A stretch of 63,964 nt of DNA, counting the filler, from Octopus bimaculoides (taxonomy: Eukaryota), in the NCBI RefSeq assembly GCF_001194135.2. It is 7 parts of 6 records of this genome, joined end to end, with 100 filler letters (N's around TTAATTAATTAA, not from the genome) between each part and the next. Parts side by side here need not be neighbours in the genome. Positions count along the whole stretch, not along the records: positions 1 to 20,853 come from NC_068983.1; positions 20,954 to 27,745 come from NC_069010.1; 5 more parts are not named here. One strand, given 5' to 3'. Positions 12,571-24,862 of the stretch are shown here, one piece after another. The translations under genes were made by a program, and so were the position numbers. The notes beneath the pieces were generated by a model. It was not told where the DNA came from, did no database searches, and saw only the letters and a list, made by a program, of their open reading frames with translations. Position 1 is the first letter of the stretch. Each line of letters starts with the position of its first letter.

Positions 12571-13634
12571 TTATATGTATGTATGTATGTGTGTCCACAC
12601 ACACACACACATGTATATTACAAACATGCACACACATATAGATCTTTAGCTATCACCACAAATGTTGACATTTTCTTTGTTTTTTTCTATTAATTTAATT
12701 TCGTTCAATATGGTAGAATTATACAAAATATTTTCTAAAAGTAAGAAATATTGTAGATTAAAGATGAATTTGTACCTTACTCTAACTTAAATTTCATTAC
12801 ATTTTGTTCCATAAGTTTTTGTTACTGCATTAATTCTGGCGAGGTTTGCGGAGTTATATTTCTATCTTGTATTAAGGAGTAATTGAAACAAAATTAATGA
12901 AGAAATAAGAAGTTATAGTACTAAGAAGTCACATCTATGCAGTCATTGCTCTCCTATTTTAATCGTAACTATTTCATACTGAACAAATTTTCTAGAATAT
13001 CTCGAAATGGAGTGAAGTGCTATTCTTTAGCTACGGGATTTAGAAGTGATCTCGAAAAGTCAATGTTGATATTAAAAATATTAATTCACTGCCGCAGGGA
13101 AATGATAACTTTGCATATAAACGTTAACCTCATATCAAGTGACACTGCAGCAAAACAATAGTTACAGAATTCTTAAAAGCGTTTTACCTGGAGATTACAC
13201 ATAGTAAAAGATACAGGCTGCAGGCTGGTCTCAAGAGTCTTTCATAGCTATTTGAAATTATGTACCACACCAGTATTTATCAGACATGCCGAAAGGTTAT
13301 ATATATTTTTAGCGTTTAGTTTGACTGGAAGGGAAAAATATACATAACCATATCGGACAATTAACATTTATTGTGTGCATTTTTATAGCTCTGTGTCCTT
13401 AGGCAAGACTGCTAATGGTTTTTTGCTTGAGGTATAATGACTTATGTAGAACTCCAGTTTATTCACTTCCTATAATCAATAGGAATTAACCTCCATCACA
13501 TATACTCACCTAAACGATTTTTAAGTCAGCAATCATGTCCTGAATCACAAATCTGAATTGAACTACTATTTCATACGCCCGATTTTTGTTTTCTAGCATT
13601 TTATTCTTTAATATGTTCTTTTTTGTAATTGTAG

Positions 13635-13735
13635 GGAAGATTTATCTCTTTTAATGGAATATTTGATATGTCTTTCTTGAACCAGTCTTTGGGAAGTGGT
13701 TCAAAGGCTCACGTAACTCAAGGAATTGATATTAG
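13635..13735 (+). CDS. INTU: Internal coding exon of Inturned-like gene (GRFISFNGIFDMSFLNQSLGSGSKAHVTQGIDI[R])
   Basis: Acceptor ttttgtaattgtag| and donor TAG|gtaagt. Only the phase-0 frame is open; it ends in phase 2, compatible with both flanking exons. Confidence 0.82.
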
Positions 13736-14308
13736 GTAAGTTGATTTTCGTTATTTTGATTTATTGATTCTGAACGGATTTTTACGCCCATAAAAAAAGG
13801 AGAAACAGCACTTTTCGTTTCATAGAAAACCATATTAGAAGAATATACTTTAAAACTGTATATGATGTATGCTAGCTCTGCTTATATAATATAATACTTG
13901 TGTAATAAAAATAGAGATCTGTAGAACAAGAAGATCGTTGTAAGGTGAATTTGCAACGTGATTTCGATTCTTCATTGAACTTATCACAGTATATTATGTA
14001 GGTGTTGCTGTAGAAAAAAAGAAGATAATCATAACAACATATCTCTGTTCTCTAAACAGTAGAACAGTATTGTTTTTGGCGTGCGCAAATATAGAAATAA
14101 CTGTCAAACTTCACTTTCTTAAAGATATACACATATGACGTATTCCTAATGTAAAGAAAAAAAATGAAAATAGACAGCAAGGCCACAATAAGAATATCTT
14201 TGATCTCGTAGGTCTGCACTATAAAAAATGTCCTGGGATAGAAAAAAAAAACAATACTGCAACAGCTGCAGTAGTAACCATAAACGTTTGCTTTTTGTAT
14301 CAATTCAG

Positions 14309-14489
14309 GAAAGTTAAAGAAGTAAATAATGTCCTGTTCCACTATATGTGTATTGACAAACTGCAAGGTATATATGTGGATTCAGACAGACGATATAATC
14401 GAAGTACGCTCAGCAAACAGGTTCTGGACAACTTCAATCGCTGCTCTCTGCAAATACATGCTATTTTTGAGAAGTCGAAAAAGAAAGCG
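14309..14489 (+). CDS. INTU: Internal coding exon of Inturned-like gene, start of third longin domain (KVKEVNNVLFHYMCIDKLQGIYVDSDRRYNRSTLSKQVLDNFNRCSLQIHAIFEKSKKKA)
   Basis: Acceptor gctttttgtatcaattcag| and donor GCG|gtaaga, phase 2 to 0. The pattern N.LFHY....  QGI ... Q...NF..C.L.I.A.F...KK matches vertebrate INTU (ENTLFHYVALETVQGIF...QLIKNFHQCCLSIRAVFQ...KKK) as recalled. Confidence 0.85.
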
Positions 14490-15820
14490 GTAAGATATTT
14501 TTCTATTTTCAGTGTTCTGTCTTTATTCATATTCTCATTAAGTATACAAGAAGTGAACATCGTAAGGGAAGTACATACATTCATGCATGCATGCATCCAT
14601 ATATACACGTATATTGGTGAATATCGTTGGTGGTGCTATTAAGTTATGGCCACAATCGAATGAGTTAAGCCAGTTAAAGTGTATGTATCAATAACGCGTT
14701 TCATGTTTTCTGTGCTGTAGTTGTTCACATCTGAAAATTAGAAATTTTAGCTAGATAGCCCCATTCATTCTTTGTTCTGCTATGTTATGCACTTTTAAAC
14801 AACTGATTATCGCAGAAAGATTTTAACACGCACTGGAACATCTAATAACAAATGTACATGTTAAAAGTAATAAGAAGAGTAACAACTACTGCTGTGAAAC
14901 AACGGCAGCAAAATTAATAGCTCGCGGGAAATGGGAGCCGAATTACAATATTTGGTGTAAAATCTAACCAGAAGTGTTTGATATAAAAGTGCTACAAATG
15001 TATTCTGCTTTAATACACCAGTGCCTGATGTATGTATAAAATGGATATGGGTACATTAGGAGGTATAAGAACTTATTTAAATCCAGCACTGGCTACTCAG
15101 TTTATTCGATGTGTTACATCTCTCGTGTTTTTACTAATGGGACTTGTTTTCACAGCATATGGAAGCATAACATATAACCCTTCATAACTTTTTTTTATGT
15201 TTTGGAATTTTTGGAAAATCTTATCGAATTTGTATTCTACACAGGGGAATTCACAATACTATGAAAATAATTTTTTAAAAAAATTTTCAAAATTGTTTGT
15301 AAAAGGATTTTTACTTTTTAACTTTTCGATCTTTTTTAAAAATCACAGTTTAAAATACGGATAGTCCGAAATTTTGGCTTAAATTCCAACAATAGACCAT
15401 TAAATTTGTTTATGGGGAGAAAGATGTCGAAAAACATTAATACATCAGACAAGGGATTAAACAAGATTGGTATGAGGTAGTCATGAGATGTGCTAAAAAT
15501 AACAGCTAGATAGCTCGAATATAAATCCATAAAAAATTTTTAAATTTCAAAAAAAAAAAATAAAGGAATGTGGGGCTATATAGCATGCATTAAGCAGAAT
15601 TCTGCTGCACATTTTACTGGAAATAGTTGTGCGATAGTTAAGCAAGAAACAAATATGATTCACATGAGGAAAAAAGTATTGATCTATATATTTTTGACTC
15701 AAAAGATTAAAGTTTTCTTAAAAAGAAATCAAAAATAATTCTTTTTAATTTTGAGGAGAGGCGAAGGTTGCTTACATCGACTCCAGTACTCGATTGGTAC
15801 TTATTTTATCGACCCCGAGT

Positions 15821-16141
15821 GGAGGCGCAATGGCCCAGTGGTTAGGGAAGCGGACTCGCGGTCATAGGTCGCGGTTTCGATTCCCAGACCAAGCGTTGTG
15901 AGTGTTTATTGAGCGAAAACACCTAAAAGCTCCACGAGGCTCCGGCAGGGGATGGTGGCGAACCCTGCTGTACTCTTTCACCACAACTTTCTCTCACTCT
16001 TACTTCCTGTTTCTGTTGTGCCTGTAATTCAAAGGGTCAGCCTTGTCACACTGTGTCACGCTGAATATCCCCGAGAACTACGTTAAGGGTACACGTGTCT
16101 GTGGAGTGCTCAGTCACTTGCACGTTAATTTCACGAGCAGG
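15821..16141 (+). mobile_element. tRNA-derived SINE family B (octopus OR-like), running into a gap
   Basis: Head GGAGGCGCAATGGCCCAGTGGTTAGG (box A)...GGTTTCGATTCCC (box B). The body is nearly identical to 20450-20835 and 42776-43157. Confidence 0.9.
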
Positions 16142-16721
16142 NNNNNNNNNNNNNNNNNNNNNNNNNNNNNNNNNNNNNNNNNNNNNNNNNNNNNNNNNNN
16201 NNNNNNNNNNNNNNNNNNNNNNNNNNNNNNNNNNNNNNNNNNNNNNNNNNNNNNNNNNNNNNNNNNNNNNNNNNNNNNNNNNNNNNNNNNNNNNNNNNNN
16301 NNNNNNNNNNNNNNNNNNNNNNNNNNNNNNNNNNNNNNNNNNNNNNNNNNNNNNNNNNNNNNNNNNNNNNNNNNNNNNNNNNNNNNNNNNNNNNNNNNNN
16401 NNNNNNNNNNNNNNNNNNNNNNNNNNNNNNNNNNNNNNNNNNNNNNNNNNNNNNNNNNNNNNNNNNNNNNNNNNNNNNNNNNNNNNNNNNNNNNNNNNNN
16501 NNNNNNNNNNNNNNNNNNNNNNNNNNNNNNNNNNNNNNNNNNNNNNNNNNNNNNNNNNNNNNNNNNNNNNNNNNNNNNNNNNNNNNNNNNNNNNNNNNNN
16601 NNNNNNNNNNNNNNNNNNNNNNNNNNNNNNNNNNNNNNNNNNNNNNNNNNNNNNNNNNNNNNNNNNNNNNNNNNNNNNNNNNNNNNNNNNNNNNNNNNNN
16701 NNNNNNNNNNNNNNNNNNNNN

Positions 16722-17810
16722 TCTGAGTTGTGATCGCATCGAGGTCAATTTCGTTTTTCATTGTTTTAAGTTCAATAAAATTAAGTACCGGTTAAGTATT
16801 GAGGTTGTTATAACTAATAGGAACTATTCACTAAATTTCAGGCCTTGTGCCTATATTAGAAATGATTATTATCAAGAGTTGCTAAAACATTTTGCAATAT
16901 ATTAGGGGATAAGGCGGCCAGTTGGCAGAAACGTTAGCACGCCGGACGAAATGCTAAGCGGTATTTCGTCTGTCTTTACGTTCTGAGTTCAAATTCCGCC
17001 GAAGTCGACTTTGCCTTTTGGGGTCGATAAATTAAGTACAAGTTGCATACTGGGGTCGATCTAATGGACTGGCTCCCTTCCCCAAAATTTCGTGCTTTGT
17101 ACCTAGAGTAGAAAAGAATATGTTTGGGGATGAATTGTAGAAGGGTCTGAGCACCGGACAAAATGCCTTGCGGTATTTGCTCCGGCTCTATATATTCTGA
17201 GTTTAAATCGCCGAGGCCAATTTTGTTTTTTCTTCTTTTCGGGGCCGACAAAATAAAGAAGTCTCAGTGAAATATTGCGATCGATGGTATCAATTAAACC
17301 TCTTACCCTAAATTTCAGGTCTAGTTCTTTTATCAAAAATTACTTGGAGGCTCTAAAGACAGTGGAGGCTCTAAAGCTTTAGGAGTGCTGTCAAGTACTG
17401 GAATGGATGTCATCAACTAATCACATCCCTTGAAAATTGCTGGCCTTGTAACATAATAAGAAACAATTGTAGGTATGGTGGACTGGCAGAATCGTTTGTA
17501 TATCGGGTAAAATGCTTTTCTGGCATATTTCTTCAGACTCTTTGCATTCTGAGTACAAAGCTCGCCGGGGTCAACTTTGCTTTTTGGGTCGATAAAATAA
17601 GGTACTAATCAAATACTACGCCCAATGGCATCGACAGTCACTCTCCCTCAAAACTGCTATCTTTCTGTGTAAATAAGAAACCGTTATTATGGTTTCTGAT
17701 TCAGGCACAAGGCCAGCAATCTTGAGAGAAGAAAATTAGGTGATTCCTTCGATCCCAGTACTTGGCACGTACATTATTTCATCAATATCGAAGGGATGAA
17801 ATGTATTTTA
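16722..17810. mobile_element. Cluster of at least five SINE family C copies or fragments
   Basis: + copies at about 16722-16868, 16913-17119 (best preserved), 17145-17335, 17390-17465 and 17480-17690; a - copy at about 17690-17810. Confidence 0.8.
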
Positions 17811-20449
17811 CGACTACCTTGTGTCACGTCATGCCTTGTCTGTACTGGTAGAAGCTATTTAGAAGTTTGTCAGATGGACGTTTCTATTTCAGAGGTAGAA
17901 TTGTTTTCATTTGAGAAGCATGGTTGGGTGTATAGTTTTCTATTTCTTTAGTTTTGACATTTACGATGTCCTCTTCCGTAACCCCGTCAAATGTTGTTTC
18001 CGATTCCGCCCTTAGTAAACGTTTTTGCACAGTATGTATCTCTTTAAAATATCATAACCACAATGCTTCAGTTTTTGAATTCACTATATTGAAATCTCAC
18101 CAGATGATGCTTCCTCGCTGTTCACAATTCTCAATTCTCTCTGTTAGGACTACATTCATTTTTATTTAGTTGTTGATAAAGCAGTTTTGGATGGAGTCGA
18201 ACTGTTTCTTTTCATTCAATGTCCGTCTTTTAATTTTTCACACCGACGAATTCTTTGTAAGTGTGCGAGAATCTTTCATATCAGAAAATCTTAGAATTCA
18301 GATGTTTTGTTTTTATTATACCAAATTTCTCCTGTACTTTGCACATACTTCCTATTTGCACATACTTCTTACAATTGTGTTCTTTCGATATCTATTTCAC
18401 TATATATTCAGATCACTTTTATAGTCTCTTAGTTTCTGTATACTTGTTTCCATTTTGCTTGCTGGTGCTTTGATATTTGTATATAAGCAAATCTGTTATT
18501 TATATAATTTTATTTAACCAGGTACTATTGGCGTTTGTGTTTGCTTTTATTCAGCCTGTGACAGTCCACATTTGCCATTCTAATTGTTACTGCTATTTCA
18601 TCATTATTTTATACTTGGGAATTAACTTCGTTTCTCTTGTATATAATTTCCACTACTACAACGCCTTAATCTAAGACGTTCCTCATATTCTGTTTCATAC
18701 ATATATTTTGTGTTCTGTTTTTAGCGGCTAGTACAAAGTTGTGGATCTAGAGGTTGGATTTGTGCTTTCGTATTTTTCAATTTTATCCTTATCTTTTGAT
18801 TATTACCTTCTCAGCATTTATAGCTTGCTTCGATACGTTATTTGCGTTTTCGATCTATCTTCTCAGTTTTTAAGTGTTCTATTTCGATTTCAGATATTTG
18901 TTTCGTTTTTGAGAATGTCTTCTTAAGTTATTTGTTTGTTAGAGACCACTATAAGTTTTAGGCCAGGGATACTTTCTCTTCAAAGTTTTCCATGAATATT
19001 ATCGCGGTTTCGTTTTATTCTTTCGTGGACTGAAGTTGTGAAATATGTACTTTGAAAAGAATTCTTTTCTGGTTAGTTTGAGAAATATTTTTTCTTGGCA
19101 ATAGTTAGTCCGACTCGCCCCATTTTCGTACTTTTCATGCATAATATTTAAAGTATGTATTCACATATAAAGATAGGTCAGAGTTACGCTGTTTTTATTC
19201 TTATTTTCTCTCATATTTTATTGGCTGATTGAATCATTCCGCATTTGATACGCTATGTACTTGAATATGAATGCCCTTGTGCGTTTCTGAAAAAAAAAAG
19301 AAACCCAAATACAAACCAAAGTAATTATACCAAGTAGTACTGAAAATGTTTTCCAAATATTACAAAGATATCCTTTAGCATGTTCGCTATTTTACCCTAG
19401 AAATTTGAAATTTGAAATTTTTTGCGGAGGGTGAAAGTATTAAGAAGAACAGAACAGTGAGAACATATATATATATGTGTACACAGTTAAAATGAAATTT
19501 TACACTTGCAACTGTCTTTTTAGAAAAGCACCCCTCCCTCTCCCCTTCCCCTCTCCCCTGTCCCTCTCTCTGTCTGTCTGTCTGTTTATGGCAGTCAACC
19601 TATATAGGGAGTCGCAAGACAAATTCAACTTCAGTTTTAATTAAAAAAAAACATCCTGTGTATGCATTGAGCCCACCTTTCTCATTCAACCGCCATTAAT
19701 TAACGTAAGTGTGTGTGTGTGTACACACAGACACACCCACACATATACGTGCGTTTGTGTGTGTATGAATGCACGTATATATGTATGTTTGTATGTATGT
19801 GTGTGTACATTTGTGTGTGAGTGTGTGGCATTGTATAACTAAATTGGATTCGATCCCTCGTGGAAGTAGTTTTACAATCCTACTTCATCAACGTTTTCCA
19901 TAGAGCAGAAGCAGAACGAACGACTTCTAATATATGCAGAAGAAAGAAATGGATTTTGATGAAAAGATATTTTTTCGTTGCATGCTTAATTCCAAAATTC
20001 CTACCGAGTTTTTCAGCGAAGAAAAAGTCTTTATAATTTTATATTAGATGCGAAAATTCACCAAAAATCAATTGAATTATATTTTGTAAGGGCAAAATAA
20101 AATTGACGGAACGAATATTTCATTTTAATATTTTCGCTTCCCACAAAGTCTGTTTCTATGCGGATTAAATATTAATATAAGCCTAAAGCTAACCAGCTAT
20201 CTGTGTCAATTTTGTTTCGTTGAATGAGATTTATTCATCGTTACATACACAAATTCCATACTATGAAAGCTGATTGCTTAATTCCTCAAGATAGTAAGGC
20301 AGAATCATATAATTCATAAGCATGATGTATTATTCTGTACATATTCAGATCAACTTAAGGAAAAAAATCAACTTATTTTTGCACGTATATACATCTACAC
20401 ACAAAAATATACGCATCTATATATATAGTGTCTGTATTTCTCTATCTGT

Positions 20450-20835
20450 GGAGGTGAAATGGCCCAATGGTTAGGGCAGCGGACTCGCGGTCGTACGATC
20501 ACGGTTTCGATTCCCAGACCGGGCGTTGTGAGTGTTTATTGAGCAAAAACACCTAAAAGCTCTATGAGGCTTCTCCGACAGGGGGTAATGGTGAACCCTG
20601 CTGTACTCTTTCACCACAACTTTCTCTCACTCTTTCTTCCTATTTCTGTTGTACCTGTATTTCAAAGGACCAGCCTTGTCACACTCTGTGTCACGCTGAA
20701 TATCCCCGAGAACTACATTGAGGGTACACGTGTCTGTGGAGTGCTCACCCACTTGCACGTTAATTTCACGAGCAGGCTGTTCCGTTGATCGGATCAATTG
20801 GAACCCTCTCCGTCGTAAGCGACGGAGTGCCAACT
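20450..20835 (+). mobile_element. Full-length SINE family B (OR-like)
   Basis: tRNA head with A and B boxes plus the conserved body ending GACGGAGTGCCA. Confidence 0.9.
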
Positions 20836-20853
20836 ACAACGATGTAATCGACT

Positions 20854-20953
20854 NNNNNNNNNNNNNNNNNNNNNNNNNNNNNNNNNNNNNNNNNNNNTTA
20901 ATTAATTAANNNNNNNNNNNNNNNNNNNNNNNNNNNNNNNNNNNNNNNNNNNN
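20854..20953. other. Assembly gap of unknown size: 44 N + TTAATTAATTAA six-frame-stop linker + 44 N (linkers also at 27790, 54287, 57069, 61394, 62702)
   Basis: An identical palindromic 12-mer with TAA in all six frames sits centred in 100-nt N blocks. Confidence 0.9.
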
Positions 20954-20989
20954 ATGGTTAAAAGGCAACAGTTTAACAGTATAATGAAT

Positions 20990-21327
20990 AAGTGTGGCTG
21001 TGTGGTAAGAAGTTTGCTTCCCAACCACATGGTTCCGTGTTCAGTCCCACTGCATGGTGCCTTTGGCAAGTGTCTTCTACTATAACCTTGGGCTAACCAA
21101 ATCTTGCAAGAGGATTTGGTAGACAGAAACTGGAAAAAGGTCTTGCGAAGACCTGTTGGGGCAAGTGAAATCGTAATTGAACCATACTCGATGACTGGCA
21201 TCTGCGCCAGTGGAGCACTAACAGCACTGTCCGAGCGTGTTCGTTGCCAGAACAGCTGTCTGGCTTCCGTGCTAGTGGCCCATAAATAGCACCATTTGAG
21301 CGTGATCGTTACCAGCGTCGCCTTCCA
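20990..21327 (+). mobile_element. SINE family A head fused to an RTE-related body
   Basis: GTGGCTGTGTGGTAAGAAGTTTGCTTCCCAACCACATGGTTCC...GGATTTGGTAGACAGAAACTG head, followed by a body unlike the usual family A tail. Confidence 0.7.
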
Positions 21328-21437
21328 GCAGCCATGTAGTTAGACTGAACCCACAATCTTCCTGGGAGAAGCAAAAGGACAACAGAATCACAGCGGCCAT
21401 CTAAAACAAAATACAGAAAAAACAAAAGGTTTCTTAC

Positions 21438-21474
21438 CCCCGAGGTCCAGTAAAACCTCTTCTCCTCCCGGATG
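21438..21474 (-). CDS. 37-nt exon of a cytochrome b5-like heme-binding-domain gene (HPGGEEVLLDLG[G])
   Basis: Minus strand: branch point CCCTAAT, tract ttttgtatttttgtttcttttttccag|CATCCGGGAGGAGAAGAGGTTTTACTGGACCTCGGGG|gtaaga. HPGG is the b5 axial-His motif, and the phase-0 intron just before HPGG is also present in vertebrate CYB5 genes as recalled. Confidence 0.75.
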
Positions 21475-22747
21475 CTGGAAAAAAGAAACAAAAATACAAA
21501 ATTAGGGTCAATTGATATCATACAACTATTTTTTGTAAATTTTAAAAAAATATTTTATGTCATATATTTTTTTTTGTGAACAACAGTGATGTTGATTAGG
21601 GGTTGGCGAGGGGCTAGTCTCTGAGTTAGTTACAAAGGGTTGTTTATGTAAACTCAAACAGAATAAACTCACCAATATATTTTTGTTCAACTGACTGACA
21701 TTTTGGGGACCAATTCTGAAATCACTTTTATTAGATATAACACAAAAAAAAAGAATGCTCCCTCATTCTTTTACTTTATGAGACTATGGCCATTTACCCC
21801 CAAAATACATTTACGCCGATGTTAACCCCCTTAATTTGAAAGGAAGAAAATCATAGATTCATTGAATTTGAAAGGTTTATTGAATCTATTTTCATGGAAA
21901 ATACAATTATAAATACAAAAAGTATAAAACAAATGTGATAAAATAAATTCATATCCTCATTATGAAACAAAAGGATCTTTCTAGAAAGTTTTTCATTTCA
22001 GGTTTTGGAGGAACGAGGTTTCGTTTTTGTTACAATTGAATTTTGATGCCAGAGCAATTTGGATACAGTCATCGGAGTCCAATCGATTACACTTTGTTTT
22101 TATGTTCATTAAAGTGTAAAAATCTTCGTTTGCAAAGGTAGGTTGTTTGCAAAAGCAACCTACCTTTTTTAACTTGCTTCCTCATGTCAGAAGACAAATT
22201 TGTCTTTGTAACAAGGAACATGGTTTTTTTAATGTAATTTTATTTATGCCTCACAAGTCCTCATCCATAAACGGGCTGCGTGGTAGTAGTGTCGTGGATG
22301 GGCTGTCATAGCACATGTTCCCTACTACTACTACTACTACTACTACATTTCGTTATGTTTTGCTATGTACGTGATTTGGTACATGGAAAAAACTGGTCCA
22401 TGGTTCAAGGAAAGGTTGAGACAGATGTTATAGAAGACAACAAAGCAGAAAAACAGAGAAGAAAGATAAGAAGAAAACCTCGTCCTCCGTCCTCGTTGAG
22501 ATTAGCAAAGTAGGTCATGATTCGGCTAATTTTGCTGTTGTATCAGTTTTAATTATTCTAACCTACTTTGTATGGTGAGTCATGTGTGGAGACCAAGGGG
22601 TTAAGGAAACCTGATATCAGATAAACAAATTCGACAATAGATATACTCCACACACACACACACACACATATCAGGGTGATATACATGCATATGTGCATGT
22701 AGGAACACAGACATGCACATACACACACACACACATATAGATGTAAG

Positions 22748-22919
22748 GAGTGGCTGTGTGGTAAGTAGCTTGCTTACCAACCACATGGTTCTGGGTTCAG
22801 TCCCACTGCGTGGCACCTTGGGCAAGTTTCTTCTACTATAGCCTTGGGCTGACCAAAGCCTTGTGAGTGGATTTGGTAGACGGAAACTGAAAGAAGCCCG
22901 TCGTATATATGTATATATA
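22748..22919 (+). mobile_element. SINE family A head ending in (TA)n at a gap
   Basis: GGAGTGGCTGTGTGGTAAGTAGCTTGCTTACCAACCACATGG...AAAGAAGCCCGTCGTATATATG. Confidence 0.9.
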
Positions 22920-23703
22920 NNNNNNNNNNNNNNNNNNNNNNNNNNNNNNNNNNNNNNNNNNNNNNNNNNNNNNNNNNNNNNNNNNNNNNNNNNNNNNNNN
23001 NNNNNNNNNNNNNNNNNNNNNNNNNNNNNNNNNNNNNNNNNNNNNNNNNNNNNNNNNNNNNNNNNNNNNNNNNNNNNNNNNNNNNNNNNNNNNNNNNNNN
23101 NNNNNNNNNNNNNNNNNNNNNNNNNNNNNNNNNNNNNNNNNNNNNNNNNNNNNNNNNNNNNNNNNNNNNNNNNNNNNNNNNNNNNNNNNNNNNNNNNNNN
23201 NNNNNNNNNNNNNNNNNNNNNNNNNNNNNNNNNNNNNNNNNNNNNNNNNNNNNNNNNNNNNNNNNNNNNNNNNNNNNNNNNNNNNNNNNNNNNNNNNNNN
23301 NNNNNNNNNNNNNNNNNNNNNNNNNNNNNNNNNNNNNNNNNNNNNNNNNNNNNNNNNNNNNNNNNNNNNNNNNNNNNNNNNNNNNNNNNNNNNNNNNNNN
23401 NNNNNNNNNNNNNNNNNNNNNNNNNNNNNNNNNNNNNNNNNNNNNNNNNNNNNNNNNNNNNNNNNNNNNNNNNNNNNNNNNNNNNNNNNNNNNNNNNNNN
23501 NNNNNNNNNNNNNNNNNNNNNNNNNNNNNNNNNNNNNNNNNNNNNNNNNNNNNTTAACCTCATAATTAATACTGTTGTGTCTCTCCTGCAATGTTCTACG
23601 CCAATAAAATACTATTGTTCCTGAAAGTTGTTTTTTTTTAAAAATCTTCCGCAGACTGTTTGAAGCTTATTAACTTCCTGCAGCTAGATCCTTGAATCTT
23701 ACA

Positions 23704-23917
23704 ATTACATCATCATCATCATCATCGTTTAACGTCCACTTTCCATGCTAGCATGGGTTGGACGATTTGACTGAGGACTGGTGAAACCAGATGGCTGCAC
23801 CAGGCTCCAATCTGATCTGGCAGAGTTTCTACAGCTGGATGCCCTTCCTAATGCCAACCACTCCGAGAGTGTAGTGGGTGCTTTTTACATGCCACTGGCA
23901 CGAAGGCCAGTCAGCTG
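23704..23917 (-). mobile_element. RTE-type retroposon 3' UTR with (GAT)n tail (second copy at 26601-26805)
   Basis: (CAT)n-CGTTTAACGTCCACTTTCCATGCTAGCATGGGTTGGAC...GGATGCCCTTCCTAATGCCAACCAC; the two copies are about 85-90% alike. Confidence 0.75.
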
Positions 23918-23984
23918 GTACTGATCATTATTATATATATGTTGTTTCTCATTTTGTCCACGTTTTTTTTGTAACGTCCTGTAC

Positions 23985-24320
23985 CTTTAGTCGAGAAAAT
24001 CGACCCCAGGATTTATTCTTTGTAAGCCTAGTACCTATTCTATCGGTCTCTTTTGCCGAACTGCTAAGTTACGGGGACGTAAACACACCTGCATCGGTTG
24101 TCAAGCTATGGTGGGGGGACAAACACAGACACACAAACACACATACACATATATATGACAGGCTTCTTTCAGTTTCCGTCTACCAAATCCACTCACAAGG
24201 CTTTGATCGGCCTGAGGCTCTAGTAGAAGACACTTGCCCAAGGTGCCATGCAGTGGGATCGAACCCGGAACCATGTGGTTGGTAAGCGAGCTACTTACCA
24301 CACAGCCACTCCTGCGCCTA
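23985..24320 (-). mobile_element. Complete bipartite SINE family A (head, internal microsatellite, tail)
   Basis: Head at 24160-24320, (CA/TA) spacer, tail at 23985-24130. Confidence 0.9.
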
Positions 24321-24623
24321 TCAATATTGCATATAAACTACTACTACTACTACTACTACCAGAAGGGACCGTCTATGTAGTCACTTGACCTACTAGAAAT
24401 AATAGCTAAATGCTCCCCATCACCACAACGCTGACCTAGAAAAAATCTCCAAATCTAAAAATGACCTCTTCTTCACCACCTATTACTTTTCTCTCTCTCT
24501 CACAAGTCATCATCATCATCATCATCAACACAGTCTTAAGAAGGTTTACCTAGTGTTGTTGACCTTCAGACTGACTGATGAGAACAATCAATGCAGTTTA
24601 TACACACATGCCGTTCCGCGCGC

Positions 24624-24659
<36 letters not shown>

Positions 24660-24824
24660 TGGGTTGCACTCGTGGCTGTGTATGGACCAAGCTCTCGTTT
24701 CAGAGGGAGAAAGAGAGAAGAGAAGAGACAGTGATGGCAGGGTGGCAGTGAAAGGGTTGGCGAACGAGGAAAGTTCTGCCTAAGTGACCCAGTTTCACAT
24801 ATTCTTGCTTGTAAACACATACTG

Positions 24825-24862
<38 letters not shown>

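Noticed and set aside
22000-22120. Strong acceptor tttttcatttcag| followed by a 39-codon frame
   Set aside because: Its phase (2) is incompatible with the phase-0 donor at 14489, and the peptide has no recognisable homology.
22190-22310. KEHGFFN... as a possible INTU 'KEHGVLF' exon
   Set aside because: No suitable phase-0 acceptor, the following residues do not match, and the frame stops without YWVVGR.
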